Source of the DNA: an uncultured Flavobacteriales bacterium
Lineage (GTDB): Bacteria > Bacteroidota > Bacteroidia > Flavobacteriales_D > CAJJDF01
Length of the DNA: 53,830 nt
Reading direction: 5' to 3'
NCBI GenBank assembly: GCA_964021785.1
Contig: CAXIAX010000006.1
Coordinates: 1 to 53,830 of the forward strand
Shown: positions 30,125 to 39,952 of the stretch, one piece after another
Numbering within the stretch: position 1 is the stretch's first letter
How the letters are laid out: each line of letters opens with the position of its first letter
Translations under genes and position numbers: made by a program
The notes under the pieces: generated by a model
The model's input: the letters and a program-made list of their open reading frames with translations, nothing else
Told to the model about the DNA's origin: nothing
Databases searched by the model: none

Positions 30125-30764
30125 AATAACTCTAATCTCAATTGGAATCAGTTTGTTTTCCTCTTGTGCAACTGAGAACAAAAGTCGAGTAGATTCTCTT
30201 CCTTTCTACCAAGAAGCTAGTTTCACTCCTATTTGGAAAAGTACCAGTGAACTTTCTAGTAATTTTCATTCAATTCCAGATTTTAGTTTAACAAATCAAA
30301 ACGGAAAAAAAATTACAAACCATAGTTTTGACAATAAAATATATGTAGCAGATTTCTTCTTTACAGAATGTTCTGGGATTTGCCCAAAGATGACAACAAA
30401 TATGAGTTTGATTCAAAAAGCTTTTGAAAAAGATGAGGAAATTCTATTGATTTCTCACTCTGTTACTCCTCATAAAGACTCTGTGCCTGTGCTAAAAAAC
30501 TATGCCGATTTGTACAGTGTAGACTCGAATAAATGGCACTTGGTTACAGGAGAAAGAAAAGAAATTTATGACTTAGGTAGAAATAGTTATTTTGTAGAAG
30601 AAGATATGGGAGTTGGATTAAATGTAGATGACTTTCTTCATACAGAAAACTTTGTTCTAATAGACAAGAACAAACACATAAGAGGAATATATAACGGATT
30701 AAACCTATCTTCTGTGAATCAATTAATAGAAGATATTAAAACCCTAAAAAAAGAAATTAATTAG
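30105..30764 (+). CDS. SCO1/SenC-family copper chaperone lipoprotein
   Basis: DFFFTECSGICP (CxxxC) and conserved His in FLHTENFVLID; lipobox FSSC. Confidence 0.93.
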   Translation: MLKTIIKITLISIGISLFSSCATENKSRVDSLPFYQEASFTPIWKSTSELSSNFHSIPDFSLTNQNGKKITNHSFDNKIYVADFFFTECSGICPKMTTNMSLIQKAFEKDEEILLISHSVTPHKDSVPVLKNYADLYSVDSNKWHLVTGERKEIYDLGRNSYFVEEDMGVGLNVDDFLHTENFVLIDKNKHIRGIYNGLNLSSVNQLIEDIKTLKKEIN

Positions 30765-32346
30765 TTTTCTTTTTAAATTTTCTAACACCTGTCAACAACA
30801 ACAAAAAAGTAGCAATAAAAAAGCTTATCCTACTTATAAAGTCTCCGTATTGAGCATAAAAAGTTACTCCATCAATAATTGGGACATCCATAGAAATAGA
30901 AGTTGCTTCTTCCCAATTTGTCTTTTTTACAACATCTCCAGCAGGATTAATAAAACAAGAAATTCCTGTATTGGCAGATCTTGCAATCCACTTTCTATTT
31001 TCTATTGCTCTTAGCTTACCGTAAGCCAACAGCTGCTTATAACCTGGCGTATCATACCACCAAGCGTCATTGGTAATAATGGCAATTACATTGGCACCAT
31101 TTCTACAAAACTCACTTGTATATTCTCCATATATTGATTCGTAACAGATGGTTGGGGCAATGTTTGCTTTCCCAACTTTAAAGCTCTTAGGCTCACTTGA
31201 AACTCCTAATGAACCACTTGTTCCTCCTAGGTCAAATAATGACTCTAGTGGTTTCGTGATAAACTTGAAAGGTAACGTCTCTACCCCTAAAACTAATTTA
31301 TTTTTATGGTAGATATCAATCTTATCAGAAGAGTCGATTAATAAAGCAGAATTGTAGGCTTCCCAAAATCCACTTCCATTTTTCATCTCTCTAGATGCTT
31401 CCGAATTCTTCTCATCAAAAAAAGCATGAGTAGAAGAACCTGATAAGATTTTTGTATGCGGAAACTTGCTTAAGAATTTTTTAGTAATTCTAATTTCATC
31501 AGAATACTGTATCATACTTTCTTCTAACGAAAAAGGAATAGCAGTTTCGGGTGTAATCACCAATTCTGTTTGTTGCGAAATGGAGTTTTTCGTCACATTA
31601 AGCATATTTCTAACTTGATCCAATCCAGTCTGGCCTCCATTAAACTTTTTGTAAGGATCTATATTAGGTTGAGATAAAACTATAGATACGGTAGGGTTAC
31701 CTTCTCCAAGATTTACTCTTGATTTTATTATAAAAGAAAAAGTTAGCGGAACAATAATCAATAAAACTACACCTATTAAATAAGATTTTAATTGGGTTAT
31801 CTTAAGTCCACTTTTCCATTGTTTGTAACCAAAAAACAGTACCAAATTTACCAATAACACCCATAATGTCCCTCCTTCTATCCCGGTATATTCATACCAT
31901 TGAACTACATCTGTATTACTTGCAAATACATTCCCAAAAGGAAGCCAAGGGTGTGAAAGTGGCCATCTGTAATCTATCCATTCAAAAGCCAATATATTGA
32001 TTACAAAAGCAATATAACCTTCTTTGTTTCCTACAAATCTTCTTGTGAGATGAAAAAACCAAAACGGAAAAGCAACCAACATTGAACCAAAGATTACCGC
32101 CATTACTAATCCTTCTGGTGAGGCATGATAAATCCACCATGAGGTTACCAAATTGAATATTGCAAATATGACAAAGGAATGGACATATACTTTAGAACTA
32201 TTTAATTTCTTTGTAAAAACCTCATCTTCCAAAATAAGAAAGGGAATTAGGGCTATAAAAATAAGTGGGAAAAATCCAGAAATTTCTACCCAACTTAATC
32301 CTAAAATTAAGCCACTTGATACGGATAGAGCAAATCTTTTTATCAT
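30757..32346 (-). CDS. lnt: Apolipoprotein N-acyltransferase
   Basis: N-terminal TMs; nitrilase triad PETA / YHKNKLV / ICYE; RAIENRKWIARSANTGIS. Confidence 0.93.
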   Translation of the reverse strand: MIKRFALSVSSGLILGLSWVEISGFFPLIFIALIPFLILEDEVFTKKLNSSKVYVHSFVIFAIFNLVTSWWIYHASPEGLVMAVIFGSMLVAFPFWFFHLTRRFVGNKEGYIAFVINILAFEWIDYRWPLSHPWLPFGNVFASNTDVVQWYEYTGIEGGTLWVLLVNLVLFFGYKQWKSGLKITQLKSYLIGVVLLIIVPLTFSFIIKSRVNLGEGNPTVSIVLSQPNIDPYKKFNGGQTGLDQVRNMLNVTKNSISQQTELVITPETAIPFSLEESMIQYSDEIRITKKFLSKFPHTKILSGSSTHAFFDEKNSEASREMKNGSGFWEAYNSALLIDSSDKIDIYHKNKLVLGVETLPFKFITKPLESLFDLGGTSGSLGVSSEPKSFKVGKANIAPTICYESIYGEYTSEFCRNGANVIAIITNDAWWYDTPGYKQLLAYGKLRAIENRKWIARSANTGISCFINPAGDVVKKTNWEEATSISMDVPIIDGVTFYAQYGDFISRISFFIATFLLLLTGVRKFKKKTN

Positions 32347-32347
32347 C

Positions 32348-34888
32348 TTATCTTTCTATAAGTTTCTTAAATCTTAAAAGTAATGAAGGCAATAAAACAA
32401 GGTTACAAAGCATTGCTACTAATAACGTAATGGAAACCAAAATACCCAATGCTTGAGTTCCTCCATAACTAGATGCCATGAATATCGAGAAACCAAAGAA
32501 TAAGATGATTGAAGTATAGAACATACTTACTCCTGTTTCTCTTAAGGCTGCATAAACTGACCTACTTATGTCATTGTTATTCAGTTTTAATTCTTGTTTG
32601 AACTTTGCCAAAAAGTGTATTGCATCATCTACTGATATCCCCAATGAGATACTAAAGACTAATATAGTAGATGGTTTTAAATCTACACCAAAATATCCCA
32701 TTAATCCTGCAGTAAACAGCAATGGAATAATGTTAGTAATAACAGATATTAGTACAATCCAGAATGACTTAAATAAAAATGCCATTAAAATAGAAATACC
32801 AATAATTGCCAGCAACAAACTTATTAAAAGATTGATTATTAAATACTTTGTACCTTTAGCAAAAGGTACAATAAATCCTGTAACTCTATTTCCTACAAAA
32901 GTATTATCTGCCGCTTTCTCTAAGTTTTCAAAATCAGACGATACAATGGCACCAAAGTCTAACCCATTAGCGTCATATTTCTCGTAAACTTCAGGATTTT
33001 CATCTTTCAATAAAGCCAAATATGAATATTCTATATAAGGAAATTGATAAATTAACGAATCCATAAAAGCTATTTTAGCTTCGCTATCTCCCTCTTTTAT
33101 TTTATTCAAGTAAGATGTAATAGCAATTTTATCTGGGTTAAGAATTTCGTCTATTTTAGGTATCACTGTATTTATTATACTATCCAACCTATCAATACCT
33201 ACATCTTCTATTTGAGAAGTAATACGAGTACGAGTTCCACTAGAATCCATAAACATATTGATAGAAATCCCTACAGTTTTAATTGTATCCTTATCTATTC
33301 TTTTTCCAATTTGCCTTAGGTATTTGGTTTCTGGAATTTGATAATCGCTAGGTGCGCCATTAAAAATTACTGATTGATTTACAAATTTCAAAGCATCTAC
33401 CAATGAGGTAGTTCTAGATATTTCATCAAAAGACTCAAGGTATTTCTGAACACTGTCTATTTTAACAAGTACACTTTTCCTTAGTCTATTTTTTTTGTCC
33501 TTTACGTCTAGTACAACTTCAAAAGGCATTGTTCCAGCAAGGTTTTCCTGAAACACGATTAAGTCGGTTTTCACTTTATCTCCATTTGGTAAATCATCTA
33601 CCATTTTTCCCGAAGGTTTAAGGAAAGTAATTCCGTATAAACAAATAAGAATTAAAGAAATAGCTAAACCAAAAACAAGTTTTTTCTTGTGACGAACCGT
33701 GTGTCTAAGTATTGTAAGCAATCTTCCTATCCAGTTTTTCTCCAAATGCTTCATATGCCTTTCTTTTGGCGGATTGAAGAAACTGAACATGATTGGAATT
33801 AATAAGGTAGTTAGTAAAAACAGCAGAATGATACTAAAAAATGCTACAGAACCAAACTCATACAATAATTGGCTATTTGTAAAGATGAATGTACCAAATC
33901 CAAATGCTGTTGTTACATTGGTAAGAAAAGTAATGTGACCAATTTTAGTAATTACATTCCTCAAGGCGTATTGCTTGTCGTTAGACTCTAAATATAATTG
34001 CTGATATTTATTTACTAAATAGACACAGTTTGGTATTCCGATAACAATAATAAGTGGCGGCAATAATCCCATTATGATAGTTAACTTATATTCAAATATC
34101 CCCACTATACCCATTGTCCACACTACACCAATTAATACTATGAGTATAGAAATTCCTACTACTCTCACAGATCGGAAAAAGAAAAACAAAACCAAAATAG
34201 TTGTAAGAAGAGACAAAGTCATAAACTTAGTAAGCTCTGAGCTTATCTTAAGCATATTATTTGCCCTAATAAACGGCAGCCCCGTAAAGTACAGCTCTCC
34301 TTCAAAGTACTGTTCATACTTTTCGCCTATCTCCGTAATTTCTGTTACAAATTTCCCTCTTTCTTTAGAGTTAAAAAACTTAGGATTTACCATCAAAAGC
34401 ATGGCATGAAAATCCTTACTGTCATTATAAACGGTTCCTTTATAAAAAGGAAGACTTCTTATTTTATTCTTTATGGAATCTAGTTCAGAAACTCTAGAAA
34501 CATAATTAGGAGATATAGCTACTATTGAAAAAGGCTTTGTGCTATCTGGTTTTTCTATAGTATAAAAATTAGCTTCAGAAAAAGAAGAATCAATTCCTTG
34601 AATTTTAGAAAACTCATTTCCTAATTCTTTCCATTTGTTAAATTTATCGACCGAGTAGAAATCTTTATCCTTTACTCCTATCAGAATATTGAATCCGTCA
34701 TTACCAAACATTTCCTTAAACTCTCTGTAGGCGATATTGTCTTCGTGATCTTGAGGCAACAATTGTGGCATCTCATAATCAAGCTCTACTGTGGTAGCGT
34801 AATACCCAAAAAATGATGTTATAACTGCCAATACAATCAGTATTGGTATTCTGAAACTTAAAATGAATTTTGCTGCTTTCTCTCCCAA
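32348..34888 (-). CDS. MMPL/RND-family transporter
   Basis: Two TM repeats with large loops; TNVTTAFGF, GISVDDAIHF, NLVLLPSLL; TTG start. Confidence 0.88.
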   Translation of the reverse strand: MGEKAAKFILSFRIPILIVLAVITSFFGYYATTVELDYEMPQLLPQDHEDNIAYREFKEMFGNDGFNILIGVKDKDFYSVDKFNKWKELGNEFSKIQGIDSSFSEANFYTIEKPDSTKPFSIVAISPNYVSRVSELDSIKNKIRSLPFYKGTVYNDSKDFHAMLLMVNPKFFNSKERGKFVTEITEIGEKYEQYFEGELYFTGLPFIRANNMLKISSELTKFMTLSLLTTILVLFFFFRSVRVVGISILIVLIGVVWTMGIVGIFEYKLTIIMGLLPPLIIVIGIPNCVYLVNKYQQLYLESNDKQYALRNVITKIGHITFLTNVTTAFGFGTFIFTNSQLLYEFGSVAFFSIILLFLLTTLLIPIMFSFFNPPKERHMKHLEKNWIGRLLTILRHTVRHKKKLVFGLAISLILICLYGITFLKPSGKMVDDLPNGDKVKTDLIVFQENLAGTMPFEVVLDVKDKKNRLRKSVLVKIDSVQKYLESFDEISRTTSLVDALKFVNQSVIFNGAPSDYQIPETKYLRQIGKRIDKDTIKTVGISINMFMDSSGTRTRITSQIEDVGIDRLDSIINTVIPKIDEILNPDKIAITSYLNKIKEGDSEAKIAFMDSLIYQFPYIEYSYLALLKDENPEVYEKYDANGLDFGAIVSSDFENLEKAADNTFVGNRVTGFIVPFAKGTKYLIINLLISLLLAIIGISILMAFLFKSFWIVLISVITNIIPLLFTAGLMGYFGVDLKPSTILVFSISLGISVDDAIHFLAKFKQELKLNNNDISRSVYAALRETGVSMFYTSIILFFGFSIFMASSYGGTQALGILVSITLLVAMLCNLVLLPSLLLRFKKLIER

Positions 34889-34912
34889 ACTATTTTTTTT
34901 TATAAAATTACT

Positions 34913-34945
34913 AAAAAAGGCTAACCTTAATGAAAAAGTTAGCCT
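34913..34945 (-). terminator. Probable intrinsic terminator after the zinc-ribbon gene
   Basis: AGGCTAAC..GTTAGCCT stem followed by T-run on minus strand. Confidence 0.55.
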
Positions 34946-34974
34946 AATACTTATTAAAAAAAATTAAGGTTAAA

Positions 34975-35760
34975 TTATTTCTTCAATAATTTAGTTACCA
35001 TTTTTTCAACATCTTGGTTTAATTCTTCAGCCAATTCAGAATCAATTAAGATTCTTCCACTGTGCTCATCATAAATGATTTTCTTACGAGCAGCAATTTC
35101 TATTTGCCTTTGTGGTGGTATACTAATGAATGATCCTCCAGACGCACCTCTTTCTACTGGCACAACTGCAAGTCCATTTTTAGCTCCTCCTCTAATTCTT
35201 CTGTAAGCTCTTAAAAGTCTTTCATCTACTTTTTTTGCTTCTTTCTCAGATTTTTCTGCCAAAATAGCTTCTTCACTTTCAGTTTCAGAAACAATTTCAT
35301 CCAACTCCTTTTTCTTTTGATCCAAAGAATCTTGTTTTTCTTGCAACTTTTCAGCAGCAACAACCAACACTTCTTTTTTACTTTCAATCTTAAATTTAAA
35401 TTCTTTTATCTTTTTTTCTGATAATTGAATTTCCAATTCTTGAAATTCAATTTCTTTAGATAAAGAATCAAATTCTCTGTTGTTTTTAACATTTCCCTGC
35501 TGCTCTTTATACTTTAAAATAGTATTCTTAGCTTCAGCCATCATATTCTTTCTATCAGAAATACTAGTTTCAAGTCCTTCTAATTCAGTATCAATTTTCT
35601 CTTTACGAGCAGTTAAGCCTTCAATTTCTGCTTCCAAATCTTCAACTTCTAACGGCAATTCACCTCTTAAGGTTCTTATTTTGTCTATGTTAGAGTCTAT
35701 TAATTGTAGCGTGTAAATTGATCTTAATTTGTCTTCTACTGTTTGATTTTTTTTTGCCAT
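34975..35760 (-). CDS. CT398/DUF164-like coiled-coil protein with Cys-less zinc-ribbon domain
   Basis: LRGELPLEVEDLE, VKNNREFDSL, GLAVVPVERGASGGSF..DEHSGRIL. Confidence 0.85.
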   Translation of the reverse strand: MAKKNQTVEDKLRSIYTLQLIDSNIDKIRTLRGELPLEVEDLEAEIEGLTARKEKIDTELEGLETSISDRKNMMAEAKNTILKYKEQQGNVKNNREFDSLSKEIEFQELEIQLSEKKIKEFKFKIESKKEVLVVAAEKLQEKQDSLDQKKKELDEIVSETESEEAILAEKSEKEAKKVDERLLRAYRRIRGGAKNGLAVVPVERGASGGSFISIPPQRQIEIAARKKIIYDEHSGRILIDSELAEELNQDVEKMVTKLLKK

Positions 35761-35968
35761 AACTTATTTCGTAATGTTTTTCGAACTGCAAATGTACATA
35801 TTTATTGACAAAGTGTCCTTTATTTTTTTATTTGATTTTTAATATCATTAAAAAAAAGTTTAGAATTGTATATTATATACAAAATATTTGAGTGGCTCTT
35901 TTGTAATTATTTACTTACATTTACGTTCTTAACACGGGGCATTTACTATCATGCCTCACAATACTATT

Positions 35969-38032
35969 ATGAAAATAAACAAGTTAACAATCAAAACAAT
36001 CTTAGTTTTATTGGCATCTTCTACGTCATTTTTTGCACAAGTAAGCAGAAATAACTTTTGTTCACACAATGAAGAGGTTTTTAGCCGAGTAAAAACAGAT
36101 GTAGCATTCAAGAATCTAGTAGACTCTATAGATGCAGTTCAAGATCAACATTTAGAAAACTACAAGAACTCTGCAACAAGCAGAGCTGGAACTATCTATT
36201 ATATTCCTGTTGTTTATCACGTAATTCACGAAGGTGGAGTAGAAAACATATCAGACGAGCAAATTAAAAGCGACTTGCAAGACTTGAATGATATATACAG
36301 AAAGCTTAATACGAATGTAAGTTCAGTTAACCCTGCATTTTCAGGAATTTCTGCCGACATTGAAATTGAGTTTAGATTAGCTCAAAAGAAAGAAGATGGA
36401 ACGTGTTTTAGTGGAATCACAAGAACTTTTTCATCTACCACAAATACAGGAGGAAACAGTGCTGCAGATGCTGTAAAAGCTGAGCACGGAGATTTTCCTG
36501 GAAATAAATACATGAATATATTTATATCTAAAGATATTGGTGGAGCTGCTGGTTATACTTACAGGCCTGGTGCTCCTTACTATGCCGATATGAGAAATGG
36601 AATACATGTACTACATGATTATGTGGGTACAATTGGTACTTCTTCTCAAACTGGATTTAATACAACTATTGCACACGAAGCAGGCCACTGGCTTAATCTT
36701 CCTCACTTGTGGGGTAATTCTAACTCTCCAGGGTTAGCGTCAAACTGTTCTGATGATGATGGTGTAGCTGATACTCCTAACACAATTGGATGGCAATCTT
36801 GTAACACTGCAGGTGTAACTTGTGGTAATTTAGATAACGTAGAAAACATAATGGAATATTCTTATTGTTCTAAAATGTTTACTGAAGGTCAAAAAACTAG
36901 AATGAGAGCTGCAATCACTTCTTCTATTGGAGGAAGAAGCAACCTAATTACTGCTACTAACCAAACTGCAACAGGTATCTTTACTGATATCATTTGCGAA
37001 GCAGATTTCAAAGCAGAAAACAGCACAGTATGTCAAGATGTACCTGTTCAGTTTTATGATAATTCTTTTCACAACCCTACAAGTTGGAGTTGGACTTTTG
37101 ATTCTGGTAACCCATCTACCTCTACAGACCAAAACCCTGTAGTAACATATTCTTATCCAGGAAGGCATAATGTTACACTTACTGTTTCTAATGCAAACGG
37201 ATCTCAAACTGTAACAAAGAATTTATATATGAATGTACTTCCTTCATGGGGAGCTCCACTTCCTATTTCTGAAGGTTTCGAAACTTCTGAATCTGCATTT
37301 AAATTAGAATGGGAAACTGTAGCAGATGATGATGCTAACATTTCTTTGAGTAGCGCAAGTTATAGCGGTAGTAATAGTGCTTTAATCAGAAACTTTGTAA
37401 TGAGTGAAGGACAAAATGCAGAAATCATTAGTAACTCACTTAACTTAACTGCCAACAGCTCAGTAAATATTTCTTTTAGATATGCATACGCGAGAAAGCC
37501 TGCTTCATCTGGAGAATCTGTTCAATTTTTAATCTCAAACGACTGTGGTGAAAACTGGGTCATATCTAGAGGTCTAAATACTACTGCAGCAGCAACCAAC
37601 TCAGAATTTGTACCTTCAAGCTCTGACTGGGGATCACAAACGATTACAATTAGTAATGCATTTTTCGCATCTAACTTTAGATTTAAAATTAGAGTAAACA
37701 ATGGAAATGGTAACAACTTCTATATTGATGATATTAATATTAATAATGTAGTTGGTGTGGAGGAATTAAATACCTTAAATTCTGTTAACATTTTTCCAAA
37801 TCCTATGACAGATAAAGCTACTGTAGAATTGGACGTAACAAAAGATTCGGAGGTTTCTATCTATGTAATGAACGCAATTGGTGAGATAGTACAACAAGTA
37901 GTGTCTAATCAATCTGTATCGCAAGGAAACACAAACTTTACAATTAACAAGAATAACCTAAGCAAAGGAATTTATTTTGTAAACATTGACGTGAACGGAA
38001 CAAGAAAAATGAGCAAACTAATTGTGAATTAA
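35969..38032 (+). CDS. M43-family zinc metalloprotease with PKD domain and T9SS CTD
   Basis: IPVVYHVIH, HEAGHWLNLPH, ENIMEYS Met-turn, PKD WSWTF..PVVTY, CTD IFPNP..GIYFV; start set at MKINK. Confidence 0.92.
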   Translation: MKINKLTIKTILVLLASSTSFFAQVSRNNFCSHNEEVFSRVKTDVAFKNLVDSIDAVQDQHLENYKNSATSRAGTIYYIPVVYHVIHEGGVENISDEQIKSDLQDLNDIYRKLNTNVSSVNPAFSGISADIEIEFRLAQKKEDGTCFSGITRTFSSTTNTGGNSAADAVKAEHGDFPGNKYMNIFISKDIGGAAGYTYRPGAPYYADMRNGIHVLHDYVGTIGTSSQTGFNTTIAHEAGHWLNLPHLWGNSNSPGLASNCSDDDGVADTPNTIGWQSCNTAGVTCGNLDNVENIMEYSYCSKMFTEGQKTRMRAAITSSIGGRSNLITATNQTATGIFTDIICEADFKAENSTVCQDVPVQFYDNSFHNPTSWSWTFDSGNPSTSTDQNPVVTYSYPGRHNVTLTVSNANGSQTVTKNLYMNVLPSWGAPLPISEGFETSESAFKLEWETVADDDANISLSSASYSGSNSALIRNFVMSEGQNAEIISNSLNLTANSSVNISFRYAYARKPASSGESVQFLISNDCGENWVISRGLNTTAAATNSEFVPSSSDWGSQTITISNAFFASNFRFKIRVNNGNGNNFYIDDININNVVGVEELNTLNSVNIFPNPMTDKATVELDVTKDSEVSIYVMNAIGEIVQQVVSNQSVSQGNTNFTINKNNLSKGIYFVNIDVNGTRKMSKLIVN

Positions 38033-38053
38033 ATTCACAAAAATACAAGACAT

Positions 38054-38089
38054 AAAAAAACCGATAAGTTTAGCTTATCGGTTTTTTTT
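38054..38089. terminator. Bidirectional intrinsic terminator
   Basis: A7-CCGATAAG-loop-CTTATCGG-T8 between convergent genes. Confidence 0.9.
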
Positions 38090-38095
38090 ATGGAT

Positions 38096-38281
38096 TTAAC
38101 TTGCGTCAAATACTTCTAAAATTACATCTTTATAAAGGTGACCAAACTGTGCAAGGCACCATACTTTTAATACCAAAGCCTCCTTAGGCTTCACCCACTT
38201 TCTAGCTTTTTTCAGTTCCTTTTTAAATAGATACTTGTCGAAACTTATTTTACTGAGAATAGTCTTACTTAATTCTAACAT
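38096..38281 (-). CDS. Small conserved hypothetical protein (61 aa)
   Basis: MLELSKTILSKISFDKYLFKKELKKA resembles a small protein family of Bacteroidota; fills the gap before a terminator. Confidence 0.7.
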   Translation of the reverse strand: MLELSKTILSKISFDKYLFKKELKKARKWVKPKEALVLKVWCLAQFGHLYKDVILEVFDAS

Positions 38282-38387
38282 ACTCTTTTTCTTTTATTAG
38301 TTTACATACTAATTTACGTCAAAAAAGTGAATATGTTGTTACTGTTAATTAAAAGTTATCAAATTTTAACACTTGACAAAGTTCCTA

Positions 38388-39899
38388 CTAGCTAAACTTC
38401 AAAAGCCCTGCTTTCAAACGAGATAGAGTCTCTTCTTTCCCAAGTATAGCTGAGATTTGGAACATAGATGGCCCCATTCCTTTACCAGTCACCAACACCC
38501 TAAAATTAGGCAGTACAGCTCCCATTCCAATTTCATTATCGGATAAGTAGCTCTTAAATGCTATCTCTACATTCTCAGCAGAAAAGTCTTCAATCTCTTC
38601 AAATTTCGTAATCATTGCCTCTATAATAGAAGGAGTATTCTCTTTCCATTTTTTCTTGATTGTCTTTTCATCAAATTCTGTGGGTGCTACAAAATAGAAA
38701 TCATCTTCTGTCATATCTTTTACAAATACAGCTCTTTCTTTAAGCAACTCAGATACTTTTGCTAAATAGTCATCAGATACTTCAAAAGAAATCAAAGGTT
38801 TTAGCAAAGAGGCTAATTCTTCGTTTGATTTCTTTTTTAAATATTGCTCGTTAAACCATTTCGTTTTTACTGGATCAAACTTTGCTCCAGATTTACCCAC
38901 TCTCTCCAATGAAAATGCTTCTGCCAATTCATCTAAATTGAAAATCTCTTGCTCTGTTCCTGGGTTCCATCCCAAAAACGCCAACATATTTACAAATGCA
39001 TCTTTAAAGTATCCATCTTCTCTATATCCTGCAGAAATTTCTCCACTTGCAGGGTCTTTCCACTCTAATGGGAATACAGGAAATCCTCCTTTTACTCCAT
39101 CTCTTTTACTTAATTTCCCTTTTCCATCTGGTTTCAAAATCAATGGTAAATGAGCAAATTTTGGCATAGAATCTTCCCATCCTAAGTATTTGTATAATAA
39201 TACGTGTAAAGGTGCAGACGGCAACCACTCTTCCCCTCTAATTACGTGAGTAATTTTCATCAAGTGATCATCTACAATATTTGCTAAATGGTAAGTTGGT
39301 AGTCCATCAGATTTATACAAAACCTTGTCGTCCATATTAGCAGTATTTACTACTACCCACCCTCTAATCTCATCATGAAATCTCACCTCTTCATTTCTAG
39401 GCAATTTCATTCTAATCACGTAAGGCTCTCCACTTTCTATTCTTTGCGTTACTTCATCTGCCGAAAGGCTAGTTGAGTTTTTTAAATACTGACGAGTAAT
39501 TGCGTCATACGCAAAAGTTTTACCTTCTTTTTGGCTTCTCTCTCTTGCTTCTGTCAATTCTTCAGAAGAATCAAAAGCGTAATAAGCCTTGTCGTTATCC
39601 AACAAGAAATCTGCATATTCTTTGTACAAATGCATTCTTTCACTTTGCTTATAAGGCCCGTATTCTCCTCCTACTCCTTGTCCTTCGTTTTGGGGGATAC
39701 CTGCCCATTTCAATGCGTTTATCACATATTCTTCTGCTCCTTCTACAAATCTTTTTTGATCCGTATCCTCTATTCTTAGGATAAAATCACCTCCGTGTTT
39801 TTTTGCAAATAAATAATTGAACAATGCTGTTCTCACTCCTCCAATATGTAATGGTCCTGTTGGACTTGGTGCAAATCTTACTCTTACTTTTTCTGACAT
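38388..39899 (-). CDS. gltX: Glutamate--tRNA ligase
   Basis: RFAPSPTGPLHIGG, LRIEDTD, THVIRGEEW, KLSKR. Confidence 0.97.
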   Translation of the reverse strand: MSEKVRVRFAPSPTGPLHIGGVRTALFNYLFAKKHGGDFILRIEDTDQKRFVEGAEEYVINALKWAGIPQNEGQGVGGEYGPYKQSERMHLYKEYADFLLDNDKAYYAFDSSEELTEARERSQKEGKTFAYDAITRQYLKNSTSLSADEVTQRIESGEPYVIRMKLPRNEEVRFHDEIRGWVVVNTANMDDKVLYKSDGLPTYHLANIVDDHLMKITHVIRGEEWLPSAPLHVLLYKYLGWEDSMPKFAHLPLILKPDGKGKLSKRDGVKGGFPVFPLEWKDPASGEISAGYREDGYFKDAFVNMLAFLGWNPGTEQEIFNLDELAEAFSLERVGKSGAKFDPVKTKWFNEQYLKKKSNEELASLLKPLISFEVSDDYLAKVSELLKERAVFVKDMTEDDFYFVAPTEFDEKTIKKKWKENTPSIIEAMITKFEEIEDFSAENVEIAFKSYLSDNEIGMGAVLPNFRVLVTGKGMGPSMFQISAILGKEETLSRLKAGLLKFS

Positions 39900-39952
39900 T
39901 TTTGTCTTTTTAATATTTAAAAAATCACTCTGAGATTATACCTCCCGAGGTT

